Assembly: GCA_976551045.1 (NCBI GenBank) | Contig: CDPCPM010000104.1 | Location: 6,944,001-7,008,000, forward strand | Source of the DNA: Glaucostegus cemiculus | Taxonomy: Eukaryota | Direction: 5' to 3' | Length of the DNA: 64,000 bases | Translations under genes and position numbers: made by a program | Part shown: in pieces, positions 33,751 to 47,000 of the stretch | Position numbering within the stretch: the stretch's first letter is position 1 | Layout: every line of letters starts with the position of its first letter | The notes under the pieces: generated by a model | Told to the model about the DNA's origin: nothing | What the model saw: only the letters and a program-made list of their open reading frames with translations | The model's database searches: none

Positions 33751-36700
33751 TTTCTTCCTTTTGATCTGCGATGCTAAAAAGGGGAAAGCAGTCAATGAAA
33801 AATAACCAAGGCGCTAACGAGACTGCCCACCTCCCCCCCCCCCCAACCCCCGCCAACTCTCCTTCCCTTTTATCCTGAAGAAATATTTAATGCCACAGGC
33901 TCACTTGAAGCTCCTCCAGTGAAATAACTTACCAAAACTTTCTGTCAGCATAATTATCAAGACTTCCACCTGGAGTTTGCGAGAGATACTATTGCTTAGA
34001 GAAATCACTACCCTGGCGAAATGCAAATGAGAATGCAATGGTAATTTTTTTTGCATTTATGACATAAAACGAGTGATGGCTTTAGAGGCAGATTTCCCAG
34101 ATATTGCTTCCACCCAACTGGACACCATCAAAGCCCACAGTCCCTTCCTGAAGTACAATATTTGAGTTAGATGTTGATCTTTCACCCCTGGCACCCTGCT
34201 CCCTGCCACCGCCTCTAACTAAGCACGGAGGACGCCAAAATAAACACGACTGGTCGTTTTATTGCCTCCAGTGCTCTCTTAAACTTGACTTTTGATGCAA
34301 CCCACCATGGAACTCTTTACAAATGCATCTTTTTAAAATAAAATAAAAGCAGCGGGCTCGTGCTTCGTCTGCAACACCCTGCTTTGCTTTATCGATTAAC
34401 AGGTTCTTAACATTGTTTATCGCCCGAGGTCAGCGAACACAAAATAAAAGGGGATGGGGTGGGTTGGAGGGGGAGGTGGGAGGGAGATCATTGATAAAGT
34501 TATTGCAATTCCTTGAGGCGCTCAGAGCACTTTCTTCCCCTGTTGCTGGGTGCCCCGGTGACAAGGAGCAGCCTCCGGATCTAGAGTTAAAAAAAGCAAT
34601 CGGTTCTCTGTGCACATGTGCTACCTGGCATGCAGCAATGGCGTCTGCAGCTCGATACAAAATGAAAAGAACCCTTTCATGTAACGGAATCTAATAAATC
34701 TTAACATTTCCTCACTAACTTATTGAACGTACGTCAACCCTACCCCCACCGCCCATATTAAGAGGTCACCACAGACACGCATCATGCTAGAATCTCTTTT
34801 TAAAAGTTCCAATCAATTATTGAAGTCAATTCAATCTTGATCCAAATCACTTGAAGTTTTGTTGGCGAGTGACCTTATTGGGGTCAAGTGTGTCAGTGAT
34901 TTTTAAAGCGAATATTAATCTTTTCAGGACTGTGAATGCGCTATAAATGGAGTCATGATTCATGTGTCCTATACATAACTTAGCCGCTTTGTACTCTGCA
35001 ATGTTTTCTGTGTGCGTGTATACAGAAGGGAAAGTGTGGCAAATTGTTTCATTAAAATAAAACCCTTTTAGGCTTTGAAGAGATAACACGTTTGAGGGAA
35101 CTGTGTGATTTTTGCTAGATTTTTTTTAGAAAAAAAACTTTGTGCTATCGGAGTTTACGACAGAAAAATATTTTACTTTGGTGAAAGTAAGCTCCAGAGG
35201 TGCAGTGTTTAAAAACTGATTACTTTTGCTGCCTAAATCACGTCTGTCCGTTTTACTTGTGAAGTTCATATGACATTTGCACAGGTGATGTTTATAACAC
35301 GCGTTGTTGCTCTAATGTTCTGCGAATCTTTACTCCACTGTAGATATATATGGGAGATATATAATAAATGGCTTGATTGATTAGAGATAGGGATGCTTTA
35401 TTGCCAACACATTCCCTGCTCATTTTATGGCAGCCATTTCTGTTAAGTGTATGGCCCTTCACTCATTATCACTATCCTCACCACTGCAGACGCTAATCTG
35501 TTAACTGCCCATCTCTCAGCTAGAGTCGAACCAGTTATGTGCTCAAGAAGCTCATCAAGAAATCCTAGAGTGCCATTATTGTAAATATCGCCTTTTCCAG
35601 ATTAATTAGATCTCGTACTGTTGCAAACTTTCTATTCACTCCTGCTAAGTGTATAACCCTAGCAAAAGCATAAAGCAGAATGCAAAAAAAAAGTAATTTT
35701 GCACTAAAGCAGAGAGACGCTATGTCGTTAGACTACAACATTCCTTAAGCATTTTTGATTTGGCTTTGGGCAATAACACTTTACTTGGCTTGCGAGGGAT
35801 ATCGCAGATTAGACCTGAAGGCTAGATGATCAGTGTACGAACAGAGAAAATCTTTTGGGGAATGTTTGTAAAGAGGCGGGTGTAAAATCTTACCCAGTTT
35901 GCTCTAAACATTAATTGAAAAAACCTCAAAGATGTTTTCCCGAGGCCCCAAATAATGTGTATAACTTGAACTTGGAGAAGAAGTTCTCAAACGTGTGGAA
36001 AAAGGATGACTTTTGTTTTAGCTGCTCTTTTAACAATTTGAGTTAAGGTGATTGCAAATGGGGTCTGAAGGCAACACGCGGAAATTAGTATTAAATCATT
36101 ATATTTCCTGCAATAACTGAACATCAAGCAACCTCATCATTCATTGTTTTCACCCTTTAGTCCGTTCCAAAAGTTGTAAGAATCAACGCAGAAAAAGATG
36201 TCCGAAAACTAATCGAAGTGTGATATGTTCAGAAAAGAAAATGTCAGTTAGCCAATTGATCTTACGACTACTCATTGATTTGTCCTATTCCTTATAAATA
36301 TTATTTCTGTTACACAAGGGATTCTGCAGATGCTGCAGGTGCAGGTGTTTCTGTTACTCATGATTCATAACTATAGTTCAAGACTTTAAAATGAACATTC
36401 AAATATATCGCACTGAAATTAGAGTCGTTTAATATCACCGCATTAAAAAAAAACTTCTGATCTCAATTGTCGGTGATTAGCTGGAATGCACTAACACCCT
36501 GTTAAAGTGGGATGATACAATTAGAAAGGAGAATGCCTAATTTCAATTTTGATGTAAAAAGGATGATGTTATGCGCTGTAACTGTAATGAAAACATGAGT
36601 ATCCATGTGAATCAGGAATTGTATATGTCAATGTTTTATTGAATTAAATCAAATATTTGAGGTACACTGGACGATTGGCGCACAAAACGGAAAATAATCA

Positions 36701-36796
36701 ATACTAATGATCGGAATCAAGAGTTCATTAACAGAGAGTATATGAAAATCCAGTCCTGGAAGTCCAATACATGTTGACCAAGCAACACTTGCATAT

Positions 36797-36964
36797 NNNN
36801 NNNNNNNNNNNNNNNNNNNNNNNNNNNNNNNNNNNNNNNNNNNNNNNNNNNNNNNNNNNNNNNNNNNNNNNNNNNNNNNNNNNNNNNNNNNNNNNNNNNN
36901 NNNNNNNNNNNNNNNNNNNNNNNNNNNNNNNNNNNNNNNNNNNNNNNNNNNNNNNNNNNNNNNN
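36797..36964. other. N run (gap or masked simple repeat)
   Basis: 168 N. Confidence 0.95.
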
Positions 36965-39900
36965 ACAAAACATTTTTATTCTATTTATAGGGAGAGGGGT
37001 GTGACTTTCAATGAAAAAAACAGGTATCGCTTGAATAGCAGATTCACGATTAAATTAGCGAAAGTGGTTGACTATATCTCATAAATAGTTTTTGTCCATA
37101 ACATAAATGTATATCAGCAAGAATGAAAATACAAATCATGCCTCTGGACAGTCGTTAATTGGGAGGGGTAAAGTTTTTTTTCCAATGTTTGAAAGGAGAA
37201 GGGAAACCAGAGTAGTGCTATTTCTGATTCTCTTTTAAGTATTCTAGTAGCTAGATTGACCACAGTGGTAACTGTATGAATCTGCAACTCTTACATTGTT
37301 TTTTACTTTGTTCCCCCCCCCCTCTCTGTCAATCATCCATCCAACGATTTGCAGCTGCAAAGTTTGTAAGTCTAAATTTACCTTTTTCCTCTGTATTGGC
37401 ATATTTCTTCTCGCTCAATCCCTCTCTCTTCCTCTTTCTACTTATTTATTCATCACTATTGTTATCTAAAACAGTCATTTAGTACTGGGCTATGGATAAT
37501 GGGGTTGTTGAAATCTCTACACCACGCAGCATGGGGGCACTCCTGTCAGGGCTGATTGTATTTTAGGCAAACATTTGTGCAAACAAATCAATAAACTAGG
37601 GTCAACTTCTATTCGGAACAATTGTTTGCTAGTTCAACTATCTAGTCATCTAGTTAGGGTTCAAGGACCTGGAATACACTGTTGTATTGACCTTATCTGA
37701 GGGCCATGTTTGCGTGCATTTTGTATGCTTATTTACATCCTTCATTAACATAGATACCCCTTTCCCTCCCCCGTCCCAAAATACCCCAACGAAAAGAAGT
37801 TCAGAAAGCACGAGTTGGGAAGTGTTTGGAATTACATCACCTACACTCCGGAACCTCAACACAATATCGATTTATTTTCGAGGCTCAGACTATACCAGTC
37901 AGTAGGATATTGGAAACATTTTGACTTCCTCTTTAATAGTACTGAAGGGGGTGGGGCACATTTTCAACTTTAAAGAGAAATTATGATCCTATGTTAAGTT
38001 ACGCATGCAGTTTAATAATTTGGACTGGGATATTTAGAGTAAGGTCGTGAATTTGGCGGTTAAAGTTATATTTTATGGGTTAAAATATTTTTAGTCATGA
38101 ATGAGTTTGGTTAAATACGAATTAAAAAATTTATTCTTGGAGTGTTTAAGCAGAGTGTTACGTTTAAGTAGATTTGGTAAGAAGACTCGCCTTGCGCTGC
38201 ATTTAAGGCATCCACTAAACCTCCTTTGGAAATTCTGAATTATTTTTAATCACGTATTTTCTTTCCTTAACGCGTTTGTTTTAAATAGGTAACTGTAGCA
38301 GTTCACGCATTGCAAAGCTTGGAAACTAATGTGTTGCTAAATTTCAGGCATTTCGGTAATTAGATTTACATTAGAAGTGGTCGTGTCAACGTTCATTGTG
38401 AGATACACCATTATTAATCATAATATCCTTTATTATTAAAGTCTAACTTTCACGCCAAAAAGGGAGTGTCAATTGTCCACAGTGAAGTTGCCTACACCAA
38501 AAGATTTGATTTGGTTTTATTTATGCTATATCAAAGAAATTGATCATCAACCTTGGAGACATTGAACGTATCATAAACTTAATAAATATTACACATTTAT
38601 ATATTTGAAAATTCTTTGTTTTGTTATATAGCAGATACACCCGGTATTTTTATTTAAGCGAAGTAATATTTTTGAGGGATAGATTCCAAAGGTCAACTAT
38701 CTTAGTTGAAAATATTTTTGAAACTATTCTCTGCTGCAAATTCGTACCCTATTCTGTCCTGTTCTATTTGGCTAGTGTGGGGCTGTCCTGCATTCCCTCT
38801 TCATTTACGGTTTCAACGTTTCCTTCTGATTTACAAATCATCAGTGATTTCCATTATATATGAAATCGCGGTATTAACTGGTGTTACACATTACGTAAAG
38901 AAACCGTGCAACCTTTCGTGTTCCGTGTGGTTTTAAGCGATTGAATTATATTCTACTTCAAAACCAGCCACTCAACATTTCCCTTAATACTTAACTCAAA
39001 AGGGGATGAGTTGAGAATGTTTCTGCTAAAGACTTAATAGCGAGTGTAAAATCCTGATAATGATACGGTATATAATCCAAGACTCTATTTATACCATTGC
39101 AGAAGCTAATTAGTTTAACTACTAGTTAGAGGTAGGTTCAGGTGATAAGATTCTCAATCTATAAAGCTGTCCTGGTATTTAAGCGTAAAGCACTTTAATT
39201 TTATGTGCGTGTTAGAGCCATCCTTATACATTAATTGGGAGTCCGCGTCTCGCGGTATTTTAACCTCTGTGTACAATGTTTATCGGCAAAGTAATTTAAA
39301 TAACTGACTTCATGGTTGCTGCGAGTTCCCAAATGTAATATTCTACCACAGAACGACCTTCAAAAGTGTGATGTTGCTCCTGTTGGCCGTTCCTGACAGT
39401 TCTGTGCATTGCCCTTGCATTACTGAGCTTCACCTATTAATTGGCCTTGGTAATTATTAAAGAAGTAATCATATTCAATACACAAGAATGCAATATTTCT
39501 AACAAAAAACATCGATGTTTTAGGATGAAAGTTATGGCCAGTTATTTCAATAGAGAAAGAAAACATTCACTGCAGCTCCTCCCCATCCAATATCATAACC
39601 ACCTCACCAAATTATTTTAACTTTAACTTTCCCTCTTATGGTTGCAGGAAGTGTTTGCATTAGTTCTACGTTTAGAGTAAGCCATTCGTGGCCATCCATT
39701 CCTGGGATTTGCGATTTGTTTTGCCGGGGAACAGTTTCAAGCATGTCATGAATACGGTTTCATCCCCAGTTTTCTCGTTGGGCAAATATTTGGCTTAAAA
39801 TGCAAAGTGCACCTTAAATTGTAACACGGAGAAGGGCTTATGCGTTGCATTAGAATCGCGTAAAGGATGATGGACAAATTGATTCTTTATTTCACCATGA

Positions 39901-41581
39901 AAGTAAACACAATCTTAAATGTATTTACCAAATGTGTCTCTAGTCACTTGACGTGGACAGTTTACCCTCTTTTGAAAATTAGACATTTTAAACAGCTTCT
40001 TTTGTTTTGTATGCCAATGAATAAATGAACTGATTTTCTTCATACAACACAATTATTCCATATCCGCCTCACGCTGCGACGATGTGACGGAGACAGCTTT
40101 ATTATAAACAAGGTTTGTTTGTATTTTTTATTGGTGAACCTTTTGGAAAAGGCTTCCTTTACAACAACACCACGACTTCCAATCTTATCGTTGACTTTTT
40201 TCTTTCAATAAAGTTACACATTCAACTTGAGGACGTCGACACTTTTATTCATTTTGCAGAAGTTCACCTCTAATAAGCGGAACAAATGTGTTGACATTTT
40301 GGATTGAATGGAACCAATAATTTGCTCCTCTTTAAAATCTCTGACTTTGGTGGAATTGAGTTTTCATGACGGGCTGCCCTCTGCCTTCGTGAACACGGAT
40401 CTCCAGAACAATAGACTAAAGTCTTTACTTTTTTTGTTTTAGTTTTTTCATTTTAAGAAAAGCAGTCTCATACGGAGACGTTTAAACAAAGATGAAAGAG
40501 ACCGAAGCGCCACCAACTATTCCCTTTCTTTCCTGTTCACATCTCATTCCCCAAATAGTCTTATGAGAGTCCTCGAGGTCTTTTGCTGAAATTCCCCGCC
40601 GCTTTCACAATAAATTGAATCAGTTAGGAGGTTTATGGGGAAAACGGTCGTGTGCCATCAAAAGGGAAGTTATTAACTTAAGATGGTGAAATATGCCTAT
40701 CAGGACTTTGGGTCATGGAGCAAAAGGAAATTTGCAAGCCTTTGCCCGTATTTTAGAAAATGGCAGATTCCTCTTGCACAAATAGTTCAGTCACCAATTT
40801 CCCCCCGAAACACACCCACTATTTTAATGGGAAATGATAATCAAATAGGTGTTATATTAATTTTGTTTTAAAGGCATGTGCTTCCTGAGACGTTCTGGAT
40901 TTTCGAGGGAGTGGGTGCGAATGCAGAGAAACTGTTCTTTCCTACTTGTGACAAAGATGTGGAATTTCGCCGTGTAGGAGTTGGGTGGGGCTTGTTCGTC
41001 TCCATTAACGATGTGTTACACTAATAGTGCGTAGAATACCGGCTATTTAGTGGAATTGCATTGATAGGATTTAACTACTGGAAATTTAAAAAAAATCCCA
41101 TCCCAGGCAATCCTGCCTAATGGGAAAATGACGAACGCAATGTTTTCTTCGGGATCGAAATCAGAACATTTCCACTACCGATCCGTTTACGCAACGCGTT
41201 ATTATTGCGGTTAGTTATAGATGTAGATTACGTACACGTCGGATGCTACTCAGGCTAACTTCCTTTCAAGTCATTTGTATTGATTTTGTTAGCGAGTGCT
41301 TTAATTAACGCCACTTATTGCAATTTCCTGCTTCACACTTACGCAAGTGCATAAGTTAGAAGGGGGAAGCCACCGCCCGAGACCTCAGAGAAGGTCCATC
41401 AGCGGTAAAGCTAATTACAGCTCAACTGACCGATCCACAGCAGCTCACAAGCTGGCGCGAACCTGCAATTTAATCAAATGTATGTGCCCTGGTTGTGACA
41501 TGCTTAGAGAACCAGAAGTTGCCGCGTGCCCCAACAATCTTAAAAGTAACTCCGGTCCATTATAATCGCATGTTCTTAACC

Positions 41582-41611
41582 GGGGGGGGGGGGGGGGGGG
41601 GAGAGGGGGGG
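41582..41611 (+). repeat. Poly-G tract (G20-AGA-G7)
   Basis: Read directly from the sequence. Confidence 0.9.
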
Positions 41612-44005
41612 ACACACATAAGCATCCATTGATATCACTCCGGAAGAAAGCTTTCATAATACCTGACATGTTGTGAAGAACAGAAAAAAAAGGTGCCTCG
41701 GTAATACAAGGGGTTTTTCCTACCTCATGTTGCTACACCGAGACAATGCAAAGACTTTTTCTAAATATAAAATGATGACATTCTGATCACTCTTATCTAA
41801 CATTGCTTATTCCAGCTATCATATACGTCCATCATTTATATTAATAATTTGTTGTAAAGAAGTAAGTTAGAGGGAAATTTACTTACCTTTAATAATTAGG
41901 TGCAGGTTACTTTGCCAATCATTTTTAGGAGAGTATTTGGGACTAATTCATCCAGGCGGTCACTACCACCTTATCTTTTTTCCAGACTTGAGTCCTCTGT
42001 CTTCCTAGACGATTTAAAAAAAACTTTTTTGTGGGGTGGGGTGGGGGGTAGGAATGATATTCTGTATTAAACTGTTTCCCTGTGAACAGGTCTTTATAAC
42101 TCAGTGACCCTGATCCTCTCAGCGCCACCTGTGTAGTTTCTGTACATGCATTGCGACTTGTTACTGAGGCCAGTGGAAGAAAAAAGTTGTCCTTACAATG
42201 GCTTCAAAGGGAACCAAATCACTATTTTCCCCCATTATTTATCTGAAAGTCAGATACTGTATACCCTCCGTTAACATATGACTATTAAGCATATATGAAA
42301 AACAAGACAGTTCCTAAAGAGATTTCTCGTTATTCATTTGTGAAGTCCCAAAAGCGACACAAAGGGTATCAGCTGCGTTATGAAAAATGGCCTAAGCTGA
42401 GAGAATGTCACAGTGGTCGGCTTATTATTTTGGCCCTTTAAAAATCTCAGGGAAACTTCGCTTCTGATGAATTATTTTTTTAAAGAGACCAGTAAAGATT
42501 TTAAGCTGCAGCCTATAGCATAGGCGAGAGATGAAAAGATGTTGTCAGCCGAAAGAACAACCAGATGGTCATATCTGTGGTAAATCTCTGCCCTTCCAAG
42601 GTAAACAGGCCCGGCAGCTGCTTTGGAATTGGACAATCTGAAAGGACAGAAAATAAGTTTCCAACGTCATATCAAGTCATCTTGGAAACTCATTTTATTT
42701 TAGTTCAGCGGGTCAAGCTTTGATAACATTGCATTTGTTCATTTTCATATTGAAATAATCAAACACGACTTAATCTATTAATTGCGGACGAAGTGTCTTT
42801 TAGTTTGGGGAATTGGAATTAACCTAAAATAATATCGTTTCCTATTCATTCGAAATTTACAAAAATGGTTTATCGAATAGTAACTATTTCAAATATTATT
42901 AACGCCGCCTTCGCAAAATTGTATTTCAGATGTAGGATATTTAATGAAAATTAACCCTAAGCCTCCCATTCGATAAATAACAATCCATCAGAAGTGGTCA
43001 AAGTTTGTTTTGATAGTATTTCCTTATCATTCAAATGACCAACAGTGTGAGTTAAAAAATCCAGATTAATTTTCATAACCTAAAAGAAATGTAATCTGTT
43101 TCAAATTAAACTCTGAAAATGTCATCCACGTATACTGGCAACTAATTTCTGCACCTTTACCCGTTATGCTTGTAGCCCGTTTCCTATCTTTATAATATGG
43201 AGGTTCACTTTGCACCTAAAACTTCGGCGAATCTGTTTCTCCGATACACCGCAGACAAATCCGTACAAAATAATCAACAAATGACAGAAATCGCAAACAC
43301 ACGTGCAAGTGGATGCAAGAAAATACAAGCAAAACTTTCTATAGATCCAACCAATATTCAATACTAATACATAACGATAAGGTTCACATTCATAAGCAAC
43401 GTGAAATTATTCTTGCAAAGGCATAAAATTAAAGATTAGCCTTTGGGTCTTATAACCTTATAGTTGTCTAAGGCTTTTGGGAAACGTGCTACATTTTAAA
43501 GTTGTTATAAATACTGGCATCAGTAATCTGATCTCAACTGGCAGATTTGAGTTATACTGTCAGTTCCCAATGGATGCAGTTTCACTGAGCACTACCCGCC
43601 GCATGTATATGCAGGGACCCAAAGAAGCTGAAAACGAATATTAGATTCGAGTTGACAAAACATCCACCGTAATAATGTTTGAACAACTATAGAAGTTTCA
43701 TAACCCACGTGTTATCCAGCCGGAGTTATACTGCACTCCGCTGGGAAGCCAAAGGCCTCCTACAGGGGTCCTCGTGTTTTCCTGCTCTGGTGCCTTGAAC
43801 ACTGGGATCCAAAGTTCCAACAACACTTTCACCAAGGATGCAAACCTAAAATTGTTCAACGCCGAGGCAGAGTCAATGACATATCTGTATCCTAGAATGG
43901 GAGCAGTTAATTGAAATAAAAATTCTACCCCCATTAGTGGGTCAGTTCCTGCCAAGTGGATCATTTCACCTCACAGCACCAGTTAATTCGATACTGTTTT
44001 ATCCG

Positions 44006-44008
<3 letters not shown>

Positions 44009-44058
<50 letters not shown>
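44009..44058 (+). repeat. (TG)25 microsatellite
   Basis: Read directly from the sequence. Confidence 0.97.
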
Positions 44059-44062
<4 letters not shown>

Positions 44063-47000
44063 CAAGATAAATCGTATACTGTCACCTACTGTATAACAAC
44101 GTTACTTAACTTCTATTACTCAAACCACCGAAATCAATATCTTAAATATTAAAATCTTACAAATAAACAAGCCAAAACCGCGAATCGGGAACCTTATATT
44201 GCGAATTCCTGATTTATGTAACTTGAATAAAAATATAAATGACATATTGCGGAGGTCAACATGAACCCGTTTTATTTCATTTGATTAAAGCATGTTCATA
44301 CTTTTTTCCCTATATTTTGACCTTAAAGACAATAGACTGCTTAGTGTTGGTAGGTCATTGAAAACAATATTTGTGCTTCTTCCTTATTGTGCCTTCAGGA
44401 CAAAAATATAATAATGAAATAGATTCAAATTGAATCTGATGTTTGGACATGAGTATAATATATAAAATTGCGATGTGTTGCACGCATATAGGAAGCGAAG
44501 GTTAAACGTCAGGTGCTTCCGTGAGCAAGTTGTCGATTACCTTGAACTTGAACAGTGGGAGAACAGTTATAATACAAAACGTGTACTGACAAGATCTTGC
44601 TAAGGGTATTTCTCCTTTCCACTGCGCATTCTGATTAAATATATTAGCTCTTTCACACAGTTTCCTCTAAATGCATTGGAAAGTAACAAGTTGTTTCGAA
44701 ATCAATTCAACTATTTGGGGGGAAAAATCCGATGAAAGTCAAGTGCATACAGATGTCATTAAACCGCGAATGCCGCATATTTACCCCTTGTCACCAGCTA
44801 GTTAATGTTAATTTTATAATTTCATATGGGTGGAGTCGTCCGGATTAAATAGCCTGCGAAACCCGGAAAAGCTACTGCAGGAGACTGTGGTGTCACCACT
44901 TTAACCCATCGCACCTGAGGAATATAGTTATTATTCGTTTGAGTTCTGATCGGAAATGGGTTTCGGCTTAATCCTTTCTAATCTATTTGTTTAAAACTAC
45001 ATATTTAAAGTTTAATTAATCATTACGTTAATCAATTGAGTTGTTTCACCCCATCCCTCTCCCCCGCCCCAGAAGAGCGGGAAGAGCACTATGTGTATAC
45101 CTGCTCCGCACATAAGTAATAAAATAACATGGGTATGGTGCATTGTCTAATTGAAATCGGAATACGGGTAATAAAGACGTAGTATTTTTCTCCATATTTG
45201 TACGCGGTTACTACACAACATTGGACGATAATGAACAGCATTAGTTGATTGGGATCAAAGACATGTCGACCCCTGCATAAAGTTACGAAGGATTTTATTC
45301 ATATTATCTTATATGACACAAGTGTCGACAGAGGGAGCCACATCTAGCTCGGATGCTTGAAGATATTTTGCTGTTTTTCATGCAGACTAAAAGTTTCGTA
45401 TTTGACAGAGTGAAAGTAAAATGACATCAAGAAATAAAATGAACAAATTGGCTTTACAATGCAGGTATGGATGTGGCTGCTTTTATACATCCTGACACGA
45501 TTGTCAGCTGTGAACAACTTAGGTCTCCACAGTCAACATTTTCGCCCGCATTCTGTCACGCACATTAATTGCCCCATAAATTAAGATATAGTGTGCATAA
45601 TATAAAGTAACAATATGCTTATATTCCACGTGCATGACTTAATTAAGCTATTTGCAGCCTGATGCTGCAAGTCAACGGGTGTGCAAGTGGATTAACAATA
45701 TACTGTCCTCATATTCTCAGGATGGTGCATAATTACTTTACTGGCGGCACATATCAATTTTTGATGATTACAGAACACATGCTCCCTTTACCAACATGCA
45801 CTTTAACAATTCTCCTCTGTGTATTAAAAGTAATTTCTTGTTTGGGAATAAATAGCAGATTCTAAAAACAAACGGTCAATGCAAATTGAAATTCAAAATG
45901 CAATGCACAAAACTCGTGCGATTTTGCATTCATCAAGAATTTAATTTACATTCCACTTTATGCTACTTGGTACACTTTTATATTAATCTGAAAGAGACAA
46001 GGTCCATACATCTGAGAGATTTAAACTTGCAATTTCACTCCCCATAAACCTTTGGGGCCGTCAAAAATACTCAGGAAGGTTCGGTTGATGCAGGTAACTA
46101 TATTGACATAATGTATATTCTCACATGATATCGTGATTTATTTAGTACAGAAGGAGATTAATAATTTAATGGGGACGCTTACTTTTTCTTCTTTCCAACT
46201 GGATCGCAAGAGGGGGCAATTAAATTAAGAGAATGCCTGGGTTCAAGTAGTCACCAATGATATCCCATGTGGACCTTGCGCATAGAGGTTTGATCAGAGT
46301 CTGTTCGAGTAGTCACATTACAGAGTACTTGTTTTACCACATGTTCATGAAATTTGTAAAATAAGCAATCGAATTATACTACTTGATTGCATTAGCTTCC
46401 AACCCAGTTCTTTATATCTTCGAGTCTTTGTTGCGAGGCAACCCACCAAAACTGGTTACTGAAATTGAATTACTCATAAAAAATGATTGACATTGCCTAG
46501 TATTTAATTTTAATATTCTTAGATTGCAAAGGAAAGCATGATGACTTGTCTTACTCGCAATCAATGCGAAGAAATATTAAAAGATCATATTTCTAAAAAT
46601 GGGGCATTTGAAAAGACGATTTGCAAACCAGTGTTTCAAGACTTCTGGGTGTTTGTACTTTGTTCCTCTGATTAATAGAAGTCTGCTGTATTGCTCTTGT
46701 CTCCATAGATGTCATGCGGGGAAGAGCTCTATATTCCAACTATACAGCATGAATTTTGAGATTAAATTGAGATGAAGGGGGAAATAGTGCATATAGTGCC
46801 GCAGCTGGTATATCAAATGAATTCTAATCTAATGTTTTCTAAGGCATTTGGAGCTCTAGAATTCGCCTTTGTACATTTTAGAGTGGGAAGGCGTGCGTGT
46901 TTTTTGTACCTGTAGCAGGTGACATTGACGCAGAGACATCTGAGTGACAGCGGGAGTGTAGAGAAAATCTAATAAAGCCTAATAAGCCGTGATAGCCTAG

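Noticed and set aside
42118-42138. CAGCGCCACCTGTG as a CTCF site
   Set aside because: Only the CAGGTGGCGCTG half fits; the CCAC/CCGC positions mismatch. Not supportable without ChIP data.
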